From positions 22,134,001 to 22,198,000 of the forward strand of contig CDPCPM010000114.1 of assembly GCA_976551045.1 (NCBI GenBank): 64,000 nt of DNA. Reading direction: 5' to 3'. Under the pieces are notes generated by a model. The model made no database searches, was not told the origin of the DNA, and saw only the letters and a program-made list of their open reading frames with translations. Of this stretch, positions 27,157 to 39,890 are shown in pieces. A program made the position numbers and the translations under genes. This DNA is from Glaucostegus cemiculus. Taxonomy: Eukaryota. Position 1 is the stretch's first letter. Every line of letters starts with the position of its first letter.

Positions 27157-27878
27157 GTAACAGTGGTACATGCCTGACATTTACTATGCAAAAGAACTGT
27201 ACATTTATTTCCAGCCGATATGCACAACATGGATTACCTTTAATAGTATAACCAAACACCGTGTGGTTATTCTGTTTAAAGAAAATGCAGTGAAAGGTTA
27301 AAATAGAAAAAAGACATAGGTGAATATGTGTCATACTCCAGCATTTGGCTCATTAAATTTTCAGATTGATAGATAATCTTTTGGCTGCTTTGGAACATTC
27401 AGCAACATTTCTGTGGGTGCCAGCTGCAAATGGTGTAGGCTGAGAATGTAAACTAAGAATCTCTGAAAAGCAGCAAGATTCCCAATTCCTTCATCAAGCA
27501 GGAATTCTTGAAGCGCTCAGCAGGTCAGGCAGCAGTGGGGGTGGGGGGGAAGGAGAGGGTGGAGGGAGAGGAGAATCAGAACCAATAATTAAGGTTGATT
27601 ATTTTTCTACATTTCACCAGGACTAGAGGAGCTTAAGGGACAAACAGATTTTATGCAAATACGAAGCCAGGCAGCTTGCATTTCCAAGCAGCAGAAATGT
27701 AAGATGTCTGTGGTATCTCAGAACCTTGCCTTCCATTCTTTTCCTCTTCCTGCACCACTTCACCTCCTCATCCAACTGAAATGTTAGTTCTGTCTCCAGA
27801 GATTTCTTCCATTCCACTGTTTTTCTCTTTCCATTTTTCAGTGCATCTTGTTTTCTTCATATGTTGCTAAGTAAATAA

Positions 27879-28145
<267 letters not shown>

Positions 28146-29719
28146 ATGATAATTCTGCCAATACATCCAGGAGGAAATGGATCCTCTCAATGTTTTATGT
28201 TTAAGAAAATTTCATAGAATTCCATCAAAAATACTTGATTTCATTTACATTCAATTTATATATTGTTTTACAGTTGGATAAAAGTTCAGTTCAATTACAT
28301 CATTCACAAGCAATATTTTCTCTTTTTAATATAAATATGAACTATATCCTGAGAAATCATGAAGTTATTGTCAAATGCTAAGAATGGACTTGCATTTATG
28401 TGGACCTTTTGCAGCCTCTGAATATCCTAAAGCAGTTTACATCCAACAAAGTCCCTTCAAAGGGCAATGAAATGTAACAATTAAAAGAGCGACATGTTCA
28501 TTAGCTGCATCCTGATTGCTTTGTTGAGCAGTCAGGATGTGATGTAGGCAACAGTGGCTTTAGACCTGATGGATAGTTCATTAGTTCATAAAATGATGAA
28601 GACCCTTATGCCAAGTAGCAAGTATTAGAGTTCCCTTTTAATTTTTCCACACTGTTGTATTTTTAACTATCCATTTGGTTTTAATCTTTAAAATGTCTAT
28701 TATAACAACATCTGTACTTCAACATTAGTTAACTGAATGTAGAATTAAAGGTGTTATATGATACATATATTTTCACTTTTTTTTAAATGCTAAAACTACA
28801 AGATTTAGTTGTGTGTCCCAAAACATAAACTTTAGTTTCATTGTATTGAAGGAGGAAGCTTCATTGGGTTTATTACTATTAAACTTCTTTGGTCTTCATT
28901 CTACCTCCCAGACTGTTTCACTTCAAAGAAAATGTTTAAATGCATGATCTACTGTTGGAATTATCCCATCCGTGTACTGGTATGAAGAGTTTATCACAGG
29001 TCAGTGTTTTCCCCACCCATGTTGATTCTTCTTGTTTTGCTGATTAATGTGATGTAGAGGCATCCAGGGGAGCCCAATTCATTGGTATGTAATAGCAACT
29101 ATTGTGTAAGAATTGATTATTGAAGTTATCTTTGCAAATTTGTTCAATGAAGTTCAAAATATTTCAATGTTATAATCTTAGATTTATCGCACATATTAAG
29201 ACATGTACTTTATAATCTAGCCCATAAATATTGCTCAACTGTTTTCACAGTTTGATTGTTGGCTTGTTTGAATACATGAATCTACCTCCCAAATTTTTTT
29301 AAATTTGGTCACAAGAAGTGAACGATGCTGGCACTTATGGTCCACCTCTATTTGTCCATAAACTGAGGAGTTAAAAGTCAACCACATTGGTGGGTGTGGA
29401 GTCACATGTAGGCCAGACAAGGATGACAGAAATTCTTTCCTGAAGGACATTGGTAAACCAGATGGGGTTTACAATGATCTAAAAGTCTCATGGTTACTGA
29501 TACCAGTTTACTTTAATTCCCATATGTTTAATTACTCAAATTTAAACTCCTCAGTGGTTGGATTTAAAATCATGCCTCTGGCTGCTATCAAATTAATGCC
29601 ACATTATTGCAGTCTCTCATGAAGTTTTGATTAGTCTGGTGATTAAATGTTGATCAACTCAAATTGAGATGCAGTTTTAATGTACTGTAGTACTGCTATT
29701 GTTCATCTAACAAAGAATT

Positions 29720-30372
29720 ATGTACGTCTTGTTAGCCTTCATTAGCTGGGGAATTGAGTTCAAGGGCAGGGAGGTAATGTTGCAGTTCTGTAAGACTTTG
29801 GTTAGACCACACTTGGAATACAGTGTTCATTTCTGGTCACCACATTATAGGAAAGATGTGGAAGCTTTGGAGAACGTGCAGAGATTTACCAGGATGCTTC
29901 CTGGATTGGAGAATATGTCTTATGAGAAGAGGCTGAGCGAATTAGAGTGCAACTCTCTTTGGAGCGACAGAGGATGAGAGGCAACTTGATAGAGACATAT
30001 AAGATTATGAAAGGCATAGACAGAGTGGACAGCCAGCACCTTTTCCCCAGGGCAGTAATGGCCAGTGCTAGAGGTCATCTGCTTAAGGTGTGTGGAAACA
30101 AGTTCAGGGGAGATGTCAGAGGTAGGGTTTTTATTTATTTGGGTTTTTTTCACACAGAGTTGTAGTGCCTGGAATGCACTTCCAGGGGTGGTGGTTGGGG
30201 CCAGTATGATAGGGTCATTAAAGAGACTCTTAGACACATGGATGAAAAAAATAGAGGGTTATGGGAGGTGAAGTAGAGAGGGAGATAGATTTAATGTGGA
30301 TAAGGTTTATATAAGTCAGCACAACATTGTGAGCCAAAGGGCCCATATTGTGCTGTACTGTTCTATGTTCTA
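29720..30372 (+). mobile_element. CR1-type LINE 3' fragment
   Basis: LVRPHLEYSVHFWSPHYRKD, MRGNLIETYKIMKG motifs and 3' tail. Confidence 0.9.
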
Positions 30373-30869
30373 ACTATTTAGATGAGCATCAACCTGGGTT
30401 TGATGCCAAGAACATATCAAACCACCTTTCTGCTTTAGGAGTATATAACGATATACGTTTCAAAAGTGGAATAGTTTGGACTATTGCTGAAAAAGAAAGG
30501 TCTCTGTTTATCTGTAGTCTTACAATTTATGCAACCTTGCAGGTTCATTAATTAGGAAAAGTCTGAACCACTTTTATCATATTTCAGAGATTGGTAATGT
30601 TATTTTAGGTTGTAAATGTGCTGAGGGGTGGGTTATGATAATAGTATTCATGGGATAGCAACTTCATTAATTCTAAGTACATGCATTATTTAATGCTTTA
30701 TTTATGGTGGAGCACTACGTGGTACATTGGCGTATTCCTGCAAACATAGAACCATAATTATACGTTAAAAAAAATTCAAAAACCTGCAGATGTTGAACAC
30801 CTAAGTAAAACAGAAAATGCTAGAAAAATTCAGCAGGTAAGGCAGCATCTGTGAAAAGGCAACAGGAAT

Positions 30870-32420
30870 AAGCCAGTTAACTACAGGCCACTGAGCCTTA
30901 CATCAATGGGAGGGAAATTATTAAAGAGAATTCTAAGGGATAGGACTTGTTAACATTTGGAAAGGCAGGGGCTCACCAAGGATAGTCAGCATGGCTTTGT
31001 GTGGGGGAAATCCTGTCCCATTAATTTGATTGAGCTTTTGTGGAGGTAACTAAGAAAATTGAAGGCAGGGTAACAGACATTGTCTACATAGATTTTGGGA
31101 AGGCATCTGACAAAAGTTCTGCATAGTAAAGTGGTCCAGAAGGTTTAAGGTGCATGTGATCCAAGGTGAGCTGGCTAATTAGATCCCAAATTGGGTTGGT
31201 GATAAGAGGCGGAGGGTCATGGTGGAAGTATGCCTTTCGATAGGAAACCTGAGACCAGTGATGTACCAGAGGGATCAGTGCTGGGACCCTTGTTTGTGAT
31301 GTATATTGTTATTGTAAATGTAGGAAGGATGATTGGGAACTTTGCAGGTGACATGAAAACCGGTGATGTTGTGGATAGCAAGGAAGGTTGTCTGACAAGA
31401 TATAGATCCAATGGAAAGTTGGGTGGAGTGTTGCAGATGGAATTTAATCCTGACAGGTGCAAAGTGATGCATTTTAGGAAGTCAAATAGGGGTGGGACAT
31501 AAACAGTAAATGGTAGGGCATTAAGGAATGTTGATGAAAGGAGGAACCTTGAGGTTCAATTCCAGAGTTCCCTAAAAATGACAACGCAGGTAGATATAGA
31601 ACAGAGAATAGTACAGCCCAGGAATAGGCCCTTTGGCTAATGTCTGTGCCAAACACAATGCTGAATTAAACTAAATCTCTTATGTCTGTACGTGATCCAT
31701 ACCCCCCCTCCCCATTCACTACATATTCATGTGTCTAACAGCCTCTTAAATGCCACTATCGTATCTGCTTCCACTACTACCCTTGGCAGCCTTTTCTATA
31801 ACGGTGAAGGAGGAATATTGCATGCTTGCCTTCAAAAGTCAGGGCATAGAATATAAAAGTTGGGAGGTTATTTTGCAACTTTTCAAAACATGAGTTAGAC
31901 TGTACTTGGAGTTTAGTGTGCCATTCTGATCGCCACACTGTAGGAAGGATGTGGTCACATCAGAGAGAGTGCAAAGGAGATTAACCAGAATGTTGCCTGG
32001 ATTGGAGGACTTTACTCGCGGGTAGAGATTGGATAGTCTGGGATTGTTTTCCCTGGAGTGAAGAAGGCTGAACGATGATATTATAAGAGCCATAGATAGG
32101 GTAGATAGTCAGAACCAGGTGGGGTATCAAAAACAAAAGGGCATAATTTAAGGTGAGAGAAAGAAATTTTAAAGGGAATTTAAGGAAAAAGGTTTTTTTT
32201 TTACACCCTGAGTGGTTGATATCTGGAACACACTGCCAAAGGAAGTGGTGGCATCAGATACAATCACTACACTTAAATTTAAGAAACATTTAGACAGAGA
32301 CTTGAAAAGGCAAGGCATTAAAGGATATAGATCTAATGCAGGCAAAGGGGATTACAATAGATGGGCAAAAAGGTTGGCATGGACATGGTGGGCCAAAGAA
32401 CCCACTATTACTCTATAGAA
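30870..32420 (+). mobile_element. Degenerate CR1-type LINE, interrupted by an antisense LINE 3' end (~31597-31795)
   Basis: VPEGSVLGPLF and MEFNPDRCKVMHF remnants. Confidence 0.85.
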
Positions 32421-32679
32421 CGCTATGAATGCTTATGCTGAGCAAGGCATTACTTTTAACATACAACATACACCTTGATTTTCAGTGTGGGTGCAGTGAT
32501 TGTACATTTGCAAAACCTGCAGTTTAATGGGAGAATTGAACATTTTCCACATTGTTACTATGCCACATGTTCTGTGCTCAGTCGCTGATTGTGCTAAGGG
32601 TTATCTGTTCACTCTATCAATCCTTTCCTTTTCTGAAACAACTTGACAGTGCTCTCAAGTGGCACTTCATCACCAACCT

Positions 32680-33905
32680 ACTTGCCCTGCCTGATAGGGG
32701 TTTTGCCAGGTCCATTCACCACTCCGCACGAGACCTCATCACAACCTTGATCCAAACATGAACCAGAGGGCTGAATTTCAGAGGTGAGGCGAGGATGACT
32801 GCCCTTTTGCATCAAGGAAGCATTTGATCTCGGGTGATATCAAGGATTCCTGGTGAATCTGAAGACAATGGGCATCAGAGGGAAAACACTCTAATGGCTG
32901 GAGTCAGACCTCATAGGAAGAAAGATGGTTGTAGCTGTTTGAGTTCAATCATCCCAGCCCTAGGACATCACCTCAGAGCAGGACAATATGTCAGGATCAA
33001 TTATCTTCAGCAGCTTCCTCAGTCACAAGGTCAGAGGTGGGGATGTTTGACAGCGATTGCGCAGTGTTCTATTCCATTCACAACTCCTCGGCAAACAAAG
33101 CAGCCCGTGCCTGCACGCAATAAGACATTGGTAACATTCAGACATGGCCTGATAAGTGGCCAGTAACATTTGTTTCATGAAAGTGCAAAGCAATGACCAT
33201 CTCCAACAAAAGAGAGTCTAATCACCCATCCTTGTAAGACCATACCAAGTCACCCACCACTGACATCCTGGATATCGCCATTTACCAGAAATTCATGTGA
33301 ATTTGCACATAAATACTGTCAGCAGTCAGAGGGTGGGTACCCTCTAGTGAATGACCAGCCTCTTGACACCTTGAAGCCTTCTCCCATCTTCTCCCATTCT
33401 AATTAACCAGTGTCCTGATGCAGGGTCTCTTTTCAAAATATCGACAATTCCTTCTCCCCAATCCTAGACACACAGATGCTGCTTAACCTGCTGATTCCCT
33501 CCAGCAGTTTGTTCTATGCTCTTTCCCATCATCTACAAGGCACATATGATGGAAAACACTCCACTTTCCCAGATGAATGCAGATCCAACAACACTCTAGA
33601 AGCCTGACACCATTCAGAATAAAGCAACCCACTGAGTGGTACCATTCTAACCTTCATTTCCTCCATCACCAGCACACTATGGCTGCAGTGTGTACCATCT
33701 GCAAAATACACTGCTGTGACTCACCTAGCTATTCTGACAGCACTTCTCAAGCCTACAAACTCTACCACCAAGATGGATATAGGCTTCAGGCACTTGAGGA
33801 CAACTCCACCTACATGATCACCTCCAAGATGCATGCAATCTCGACTTGGAAATGAATCATTGCTTGCTCTAAATCTGGAATTCCTGCTCCAACAGCATCC
33901 TGGGA
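32680..33905 (+). mobile_element. Old degenerate LINE (CR1/L2 group); same family as ~15170-16130
   Basis: Clear similarity between the two loci, e.g. ccaagagctgaactctagaggtg vs ccagagggctgaatttcagaggtg. Confidence 0.65.
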
Positions 33906-33964
33906 GTAAGTTATAGAGTCATACAGCACAGAAACAGGCCCTTTGGCCCAGCGGGTCCATGCCT

Positions 33965-35507
33965 TCTTCAAAAGGGCATCAATCATACTGGTGCCCAAGA
34001 AGAGCAGGGTGAGCTGCCCCAATGACTATCACCCGGTAGCACTCACATCTACTGTGATGAACTGCTTTGAGAGGTTGGTCATTGCTAGAATTAACTCCTG
34101 CCTGAGTAAGGAACGGGACCCACTGCAATTTGCCCACCTCCACAACAGGTCTGCAGCAGATGCAATCTCCCTGGCTCTTCCCTCGGCTTTCTGGCACCTA
34201 GACAACAGCAAAACATGTGTCAGGCTGCTGTTCATTGATTACAGCTCGGTGTTCAACACCATTGTCTGCTCAGTACTAATCAACAATCTTCAAAACCTGG
34301 GCCTCTCTACCTCCCTCTGTAACTGGATCCTTGACTTTCTTCACAAGATAATGGAGCAGAAGCAGGCCACTCGGCCCATCGAGTCTGCTCCAAAGGGAAG
34401 GGAGGGTGGGGAAATAAGAGGGAAAAAGAGGATGAAAAAGAATGAGAAAAAAAACTATTCTCCATATCCCTTGACACCTCGACCAATTAGATATCTATCT
34501 ATTTCCTTCTTGAATATCCTCTTTTCAGGAGACCACAGTGAGGACTGGTAAATAACATCTCCTCTTCTCTGACAATTAACACAGATGCACCTCAAGGATG
34601 CGTGCTTAGCCCACTGCTCTACTCTCTCTACACTCATTACTGTGTGGCTGGGCACAGCTCAAGCACCATCTATAAATTCGCCAATGACACGACTGTTGTT
34701 GGCAGAATCTCAGATGGCGACAGGAGTGAGATAGATTGGCTGGTTGAGTGGTATCACAACAACAACCTCACACTCAATGTCAGCAAGACCAAGGAATTGA
34801 TTGTGGACTTCAGGAAGGGGAAGTTGGGAGAACACACACCAGTCCTCATTGAGGGGTCAGCGGTGGAAAGGCTGAGCAGCTTCAAGTTCCTGGGCGTCAA
34901 CATCTCAGAGGATCTCTCCTGGGCCCAAAATGTTGATGCAGTTACAAAGAAGGTACGCCAATGGCTCTGCTCCATTAGGAGCTTGAGGACACTTGGTACG
35001 TTACCAAAGACTCTTGTAAATTTCTATAGATGTACAGTGGAGACTATCCTAACTGGTTGCATCACTGCCTGGTATGGAGGCTCCAATGTGCAGGACTGAA
35101 AGAAACTGAAGAGGGTTATAGACTCAGCCAGCTCCATCTTGGGCACAACCTCTTCCACCCCCCCCCCCCCCCCCAAACTATCAAGGACATCTTCAAGACG
35201 CAGTGCCTCAAGAAGGCAGCATCCATCATTAAGAACCCTCACCATCCGGGACATACCCTCTTCTCATTACCACCATCGGGAGGAGGTACAGGAGCTTGAA
35301 GACTCGCACTCAATGTTTCAGGAACAGTTTTATCCCCCTCCACCATCAGATTTCTGAATGGTCCATTAACTCTACCTTGTTATTCCTCTTTTGCAGTATT
35401 TTATTTATTTTTTGTAACTTATAGTAATTTTTATGCATTGAACTGTACTACTGCCGCAAAACAACAAATTTCATGATGTATGTTAGTGATAATAAATCTG
35501 ATTCTGA
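33965..35507 (+). mobile_element. Rex1/Babar-type LINE, 5'-truncated
   Basis: NDYHPVALTS, LLFIDYSSVFNTI, LSPLLYSLYT, KFANDT, KTKELIVDFR motifs; ATTCTG tail. Confidence 0.9.
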
Positions 35508-37409
35508 TATCCATTCAAGCTGGTCCCATTTGCCAGTGTTTGGCCCATAACCTTCTAAACCTTTCCTATCCATGTACCTGTCCAACTGTTTTTTTTAAAG
35601 TTGTTATCATACCTGCCTCAACCACTTCCTCTGGCAGCTCATTCCACATACATACCACCCTTTGTGTAGAAAAAAGTTGCCCTTCAAGTTACTATTAAAT
35701 CTTTCTCCTCTCAAGAACTTCATTAGAAGGACTTCAGCAGTTCAGGAAGGTGGCTCACCACCAACTTCACAATGGCAATAAGGAATTGGCAATTGGCAAT
35801 TCCTTGGCAGCAATGCTCAGACCCCCCCAATAAATAAATAATTATAAAAATAATATTTTCTGTAAAATAATCATGAATGATTGAATGATTATTCATTGAC
35901 TTAAACAAATTAGGTGAAATTGGCAACATTTATGTCACAGATCTGATTTCAGTAAAGGCATATATAAATGATATAGACTCAAATGTAGGGTTTCTAATTA
36001 AGAAGTTTGCCATTGATACCTAAATTGGCAATGTTTTTGATAGTAGGAATTAAAGTAAGCTACAGGAAGATATCAACCTACTGGTTAGCTGGGGGCCAAC
36101 AGAGTAATGTGAGGCGAGGTATCTGGGAAGATGAAACAAGGTGAGGGAATGCGATGACGTACAGTCAGAATCTTTTCCCCAGGGTAGAAATGTCAAATAT
36201 TGGAGGCATTAATTTAAAGTGAAAGGAGGAAAGTTTTTTTTAAAACAGAGAGTGGTAGGTGCCTATAATGGGCTGCCGGGGGTAATGGTGGAAGCAGATA
36301 GTGGTGATAGTGGGTGTTTACAAGGCTTTTTGATAGGCAAATGGATATGCAGAGAATGGAAGGATATGGATCATGTACAGGCAGAAGAGTTTTACTTTGA
36401 TTTGCAGTTTGGGCTGAAGGGCCTATTCCTGGGCTGTACTGTTCTATAATAAATGATAGAATAGTACAAAGTACATCAAGTTTATGAGCAGAGGGATCTT
36501 CACCTGAATGACCATTTGAAAGTTGTACACAGGGTTTCAACCCAAAATGTTGACAATTCCTTTCCTCCCACAGATGCTGCTCGATTTGCTGACTTCCTCC
36601 AGCAGATTGTTTGTTCCTCCAGATTCCAGCATCTGCAGTCATGTGACAATATTGAGTGTATCATCCGAGGGCTCTAAACTTAAGTCAAGACTTTAGGTTC
36701 TATCTGGCAATAAATATCTGTGAGGACCATCACTATTGGGAGATTATACTGTATCAACCTACGCTTCAAGGATAAGTTTACTTCACTACTTTAGTTGAGA
36801 GAGAGAGGTCTAGCTGCCAATGATCAATATTTCAAGCAGAGGGTCCCTCCTCCCAACTAATGAGAAGATACTTCCAGCTAACGAAGCAGTTTAAACACAG
36901 TTTATTTTATTTTAAGCAAGACATGTTTAATTCTAATAACTAATTTTTAACAATGATTTTTAACTTACAAAGGATTTCCAAACACAAGTATAATGCTTAC
37001 ATACCAACAAGCTGCAGACGAACAAGTAGTCCATTGCAAAAACCAAAGGCTGGGGAATGAATACTGGGTCTTCTTTCTGTAACCCCTTCTCATTGTCATT
37101 TCCCTACCCTGCCTGCTTTCTAATGTTTATACTGTTTTTTCACTTAGTTGTCATCATTGGCATGTGATGTTTTTTCAACCACATTTTCAGGCCAAGTGTC
37201 TGGAGTGTTATAATTAAGTAAATGTGGATCCCATTGTTCTCTTGTTTATGTTAAATGGCTGAGCAGGGAATATTGGTTAGAAGTTTAACTTCACAAACAA
37301 GAAACATCTTGAGCCTTGGACAATTTCTGCTGTTTTTGCAAAAGGGATTTTAGTTTGACCTTTGGATAGGTCCTGCTGCTGTGCTAAAAAGCTGAGGTTC
37401 GCAATAAGC

Positions 37410-38200
37410 CTGTTGGGGGCCTGGAAGTGAATATCCATCACATTCACCACCATATCCACCTGTGCTGCCTTGGACATGTGCCAAGATCCCTCTGTTCCTC
37501 AATATTCCATGGCCTTACTTACATAGTCCTATCCTTATCAGCCCTCCCAAAGTGCATCACCTCACACTAAATTCAATCTGCCTTTGCTCCATCCTACAGC
37601 CTAAGACTATAATACTCACTATTAGCAATAACCCCAATTTTGGTGTCATCTGCAAACTTGCTAATCACACCTCTTACATTCACATCCAAATCATTACTGC
37701 ATAATAAGCATACTAACAAACAATAAGGGTCCCAGCACTGATCCCTGTGGCACACCACTGGTCACAGGTTTCCGATTACAATGCAAACCTTTACTATCAC
37801 TCTCAAGCTCCTACCGCCAAATCAGTTTTGGATCCAATTTGTCAGTTTGCCCTGGATCGCATGGGTCCTCATCTTTTGGACAAGCCTCCCATATGGGACC
37901 TTGATGAAGTCACGTAGACTGTATTAAGCAACTGCCCTAATCATTTTGTTACGCCTCTGAAAATTCATTCAAATGGTCAGACAGGATCTCCCCCGAATAA
38001 AACATGCTTATTATCTTTGATTAACCCCTGCCCTTCCAAGTGTAGATTAATCCCATCCCTAGGATTTTTCCCCCAATGACTTCCCTAGCAGTTAGACTCA
38101 CTGGCCTGTAATTACCCAGTATATCCCTGACCTTCTTAATTAAGAGTACTATGCTTACTGTTCTCTATTCACCAGCAGTCTCTTGTGTACCCCAAGAGCT
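37410..38200 (-). mobile_element. Degenerate CR1-type LINE fragment
   Basis: Reverse complement contains gtgccacagggatcagtgctgggaccc (VPQGSVLGP). Confidence 0.8.
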
Positions 38201-38299
38201 GGGCAATGGCAATAGCCTCAGGTTTTTGGCCAGCATAGATACAATGGACCGAATGGCCTGCACCTGGGCAGTACTGATTTACCAATTCCTTAGACAAGG

Positions 38300-38790
38300 G
38301 GCCTTGGGACGTCTCTCCAGACTCCGCATCGATCAGCGGTACAACTCTGGGGACAAGCAGCGACCGGCCCGGGGACCTACCCTCACGGTGAGTGCCGAGC
38401 GCTGGATGAATCGATGCGAGCCTCAGTCGGCGGGCCGGCTCCGCCCTGATGGAACGTTGCCCGGGAGGGGAGGCGTCCGGCGGCGCGCGGCGGCGATCTT
38501 GTCCAGGAAATGCTCGGTAATGCGGCCTCTCTCTTTCCTTGCACTCGCCCAGTAAAATATAACGTTAGATATGATTGTTGTGGTGACAATTTGCCGAGAT
38601 AACTATTTTGTGATGACCTTTCAACCCCAGCCCTCATGTTTGGAGGAACGTCACAAGACGAGTCCCGGGAGGAGGCAGGGAGCTGAGCCCAGCTCCGGAA
38701 TCGCGTCGCAGTCTTCACCGTTTAAGTGCCGCTGGTGCTGCCAGTTGGCTTTGCTTTCCGTGTTGAATTAACTTCACGAGTCATATTCTT
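38300..38790 (+). promoter_or_regulatory. CpG island, probable RCBTB1 promoter and non-coding first exon
   Basis: Isolated CpG-rich block 3.5-4 kb upstream of the ATG exon; candidate donors ACG|GTGAGT (38387/38388) and TCG|GTAATG (38516/38517). Confidence 0.6.
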
Positions 38791-39039
38791 GTTGGTTTTA
38801 CACTTGTAGGTTGTGACCGAATCAGTTACTGTTGAGAAATAGATATAAAAATGAAGCTGAACCTGCACGAAGTGCAGAAGCTTATTGTGTGATTCCTGTT
38901 AACCTTTATCTCAGACTTGCTGGTTTACAATTTGCAGTTGTTACTGAAGTCAACAGTGGCAGTCTTTCAGATCTGGGTGGAATGGAGAGTGCGTTGTGGC
39001 ATTGTCGCTTATTATAAGCATATGCTTTGGTAAATGAAC

Positions 39040-39890
39040 CAACATTCGCATCTTCTCCCAGGCCACATACCTCGGGCCCCCTTTAAATCTTTACCCCGTC
39101 ACCCTAAACCTATACCCTCTAGTTTTAGACTCCCCTATCCTAGGCAAAGGACTGTGACCATCCACCTTATTTATGGCCTTCGTGATCTTATAAGCCTCTA
39201 TAAGGCCACCTCTCAGCTTCCTTCATTCCAGGGAAAATAGCCTATCCAATCTTTCCTTATTAACTCAAACCTTCCAGTCCCAGACCATCTTTGTGAATCT
39301 TTTCTGCAACCTCTCTAGTTTAATCACATCCTTCCAATAGTATGGCGACCAGACCAGCACACTAAATTCCAGGTACAGGCTCACAACCGTGACATGATGT
39401 CTGTACTCGATGCCCCATCTTATGAAGGCAAGCATGCCATATTCCTTTTTCACCACCTTGTCTACTTGTGTTGTCGCTTTCAGGGACCTGTGTACTTGTA
39501 CACCTGGGATCTCTTTGTTCTACAGTGATCCCCAGGGCCCTGTCATTTATTGTGTAAGTCCTGCCCTGGTTTAACTTCCCAAAATGCATCACTTTACACT
39601 TGTCTGAGTTAAATTCCATGTGCCATTTCTTTGTCTGCTTTCCCAGTTGACCTAGATCCTTTGTAACCTTTGATAACCTTCTTCATTACCCACCACACCA
39701 CCAAATTTGGTGTCATCCACTAACTTGCCAATCATGCTATATACATTCTCATCCAAATCATTATTACATATGACAAACAACAGAGGACCCAGCACCAATC
39801 CCTCCCTCTGGTCACAGGACTCCAATCTGAAAAATAACTCACCACTACCACCCTCTGACTCCTTCCACCAAGCCAAATTTGTATCCAATA
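39040..39890 (-). mobile_element. Degenerate CR1-type LINE fragment
   Basis: MEFNSDKCKVMHFG and VLGPLLFVI motifs. Confidence 0.85.
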
